Shown one piece after another: positions 62,078-64,000 of a stretch of 64,000 bases of DNA. The stretch spans positions 1 through 64,000 of the forward strand of contig JAXLNO010000075.1 of the NCBI GenBank assembly GCA_038087875.1, written 5' to 3'. The position numbers and the translations under genes were made by a program. The notes below the pieces were generated by a model. The model made no database searches. It was given only the letters and a program-made list of their open reading frames with translations, and was not told the origin of the DNA. The stretch comes from Malacoraja senta. Taxonomy: Eukaryota. Numbering within the stretch: position 1 is the first letter of the stretch; each line of letters opens with the position of its first letter.

Positions 62078-64000
62078 TGTAGATGAGATATGCATGTGCC
62101 TTTAACATAGTGACCTCATACCTACTAACCACTCCCCATATCACAAGTATATCTACAACCTCCCCACCCACAGATCGCTCTCTAGTTCCTGTGACAGACC
62201 ACATACAGCTAGTGCAATGTGTAATGCTCCAGTATGAATAAAGATAGTAAAGTAACGATGCCTCGTTATGGATTCTTTACATGGTGTCGAATAACTTACC
62301 TTGCGCCTCCTGTTTATCGGTTTATCATTTAATTTTGTCCCAGTTTTTTGTTTCCCCCGCCCTCCTATTTCTTTGTCATGGCCTCTTCTGCCCGTAAGCC
62401 CGATGTGCTCGTTTTCGATTTAGACATCGCCCTTCGATGGGACGTATTCAAACGTGACTTTGAACACTATTTCACGATCGCTCATCCTGCCGCCACCGCC
62501 GACCTCAAAGCCTCTCTGCTTCTCAACTTGGCTGGTCCCGAGGCCCTGACTCGCTCTGACTTCTTCGTCTACGCTGATGGCGAATCAGCTCGGGACCGGT
62601 ATGTCTGGTGGCTAAGTTTGATGCTATTTGTGATATTCCGACAAATTGCATCTTAGAACGTTTTAAACTGTTCGCGCGGCGTCAGCTCCCTGGGGAATCT
62701 GCTGAGAACTATGTCATTGCGCTGCGGCACCTCGGCAGGCGCTGCCGCCTCCACGCGTGGAACCCCGATGAGATTCTCAGGGACCTACTGGTTTACGGTC
62801 TCCGTGATGAGAAGCTCAGGGCCGAACTTCTGCGCAAGCCGGATCTGACTTTAACCGATGCTATGCACGCTACTCGCTTAGCTGAAGCTGTTTCCTCGGC
62901 GGCGTCGCCGGCTGAGCAGGCGATCAACTTTGCCAGCACTCCCAGTCATCTCATGAACACACCCCAGTCGCGACCCCCGGGGTCGCTCGCTGCTCGAGGG
63001 GGACGCGCCCCGGGGTTCGGTGCTACAGGGGGAGGTACCCGGCAAAGGTGCCCTAATTGCAACTTCACGACTCATCAATACAATGTGTGCCCTGCCTTGG
63101 GTAAAACGTGTAATGTCTGCAAAAAATTGAACCATTTTGCTGCGGCTTGTCGTTCCCGTGGGAAGCCTGTCGCTGCTCGAAGGGGAAATTTAAACAACCT
63201 TCTACAAGCTGACAGTGCGCTCAGCTCCCAGTGTTATTTCGATGAACAGTCTGTTTCTGCATCTGACTCCTCTCAGGGGGAGACCAACTTGTTTACCGTG
63301 TTGGACGCACCTGCTATGATAACGGACCCTTCTGTGCTAGTCACTGTGAACAACTCGACCTTCACTGCTAAGATTGACACGGGGGCTGTGGCCAACGTAA
63401 TGTCAACATCTCTTTTCAACCAGATAAGAACTAATGAGCAGATATTTTCCCAGAGCTCAACCTTGCATGCCTACGGTGGGGAGATTCTTACTCCTGTGGG
63501 CAAGGCCACGCTACGCTGTAAGATACTAGAGACCTCTCGGCCCCTCACCTTCTATCTCCTCGATCAAAAATGCATTCCCCTGTTGGGGATCCGGGCATGC
63601 CAGGAAATGGGACTGGTGTACTTCCACCGTGACATCCACCAGGTGCAGACTCTTATGGACCCGCTGGCCGATTATCCCGACCGCTTTGATGATCAGCTAG
63701 GCAAACTACCCTGCAGCTACAAGATTGTAGTGGACCGTAAGATCGTTCCTGTGGTCCATGCTCCTCACCGTGTCTCCTTCGCCATGAGGGACAGAGTGGA
63801 GGCGACACTACACAGTATGGTACAAATGGGCATCCTAAAGGCGGTCGTCGAGCCCACCAGCTGGGTCTCTTCCATGGTTGTTGCTGCTAAAAAGGACATG
63901 AGCAAGATACGCATCTGCATCAACCCCAAAGACCTCAACCTGGCCATTAGACGCCCTCACTACCCTATGAGAACGGTGGAAGAACTCGCTGCACAGGTTG
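62078..64000 (+). mobile_element. Gypsy (Mag-like) LTR retrotransposon: 5' LTR, PBS, gag, protease and start of RT; continues past window
   Basis: TG...CA LTR at 62078-62281 with AATAAA; PBS TGGTGTC; gag ATG at 62378 (frameshift at about 62600); CPNC..H...C and CNVCKKLNHFAAAC knuckles; protease IDTGA; RT start WVSSMVV...IRICINPKDLN. Confidence 0.93.

Noticed and set aside
61559..62086. 175-aa ORF as a novel gene
   Set aside because: Chance in-frame join of CR1 and Rex LINE fragments

Overview
This is repeat-dense vertebrate genomic DNA, not prokaryotic. The CR1/Rex/Penelope/tRNA-SINE mix points to a cartilaginous fish, probably a skate or ray (inference). The only host-gene content is a minus-strand chimeric locus: the ZW10 promoter and exons 1-3 (40837-34340) run straight into TADA1 exons 2-6 (32893-16924). 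TADA1 exon 1 is missing, as are ZW10 exon 4 onward and any recognisable TADA1 exons 7-8. Both halves carry lesions. A 1-nt deletion turns ZW10 exon 1 into a phase-2 exon that would splice in frame onto TADA1 exon 2. The rest is a stack of mobile DNA: many CR1 and Rex1/Babar LINE fragments, a near-full-length L1 with a twin-priming 5' inversion and an open ORF1, a second L1, a Tx1 LINE inserted in a ZNF143-motif promoter array, a structurally complete but decayed DIRS element, an ERV integrase/env remnant, the 5' part of a Gypsy element, and hAT, P-like, Helitron-like and Academ-like DNA elements. There are also Penelope-derived repeats with minimal hammerhead-ribozyme cores and several minisatellites. 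Gene and family assignments come from recalled protein motifs and exon sizes, not database searches. Coordinates were counted by hand, and repeat edges without a TSD or TIR are approximate.
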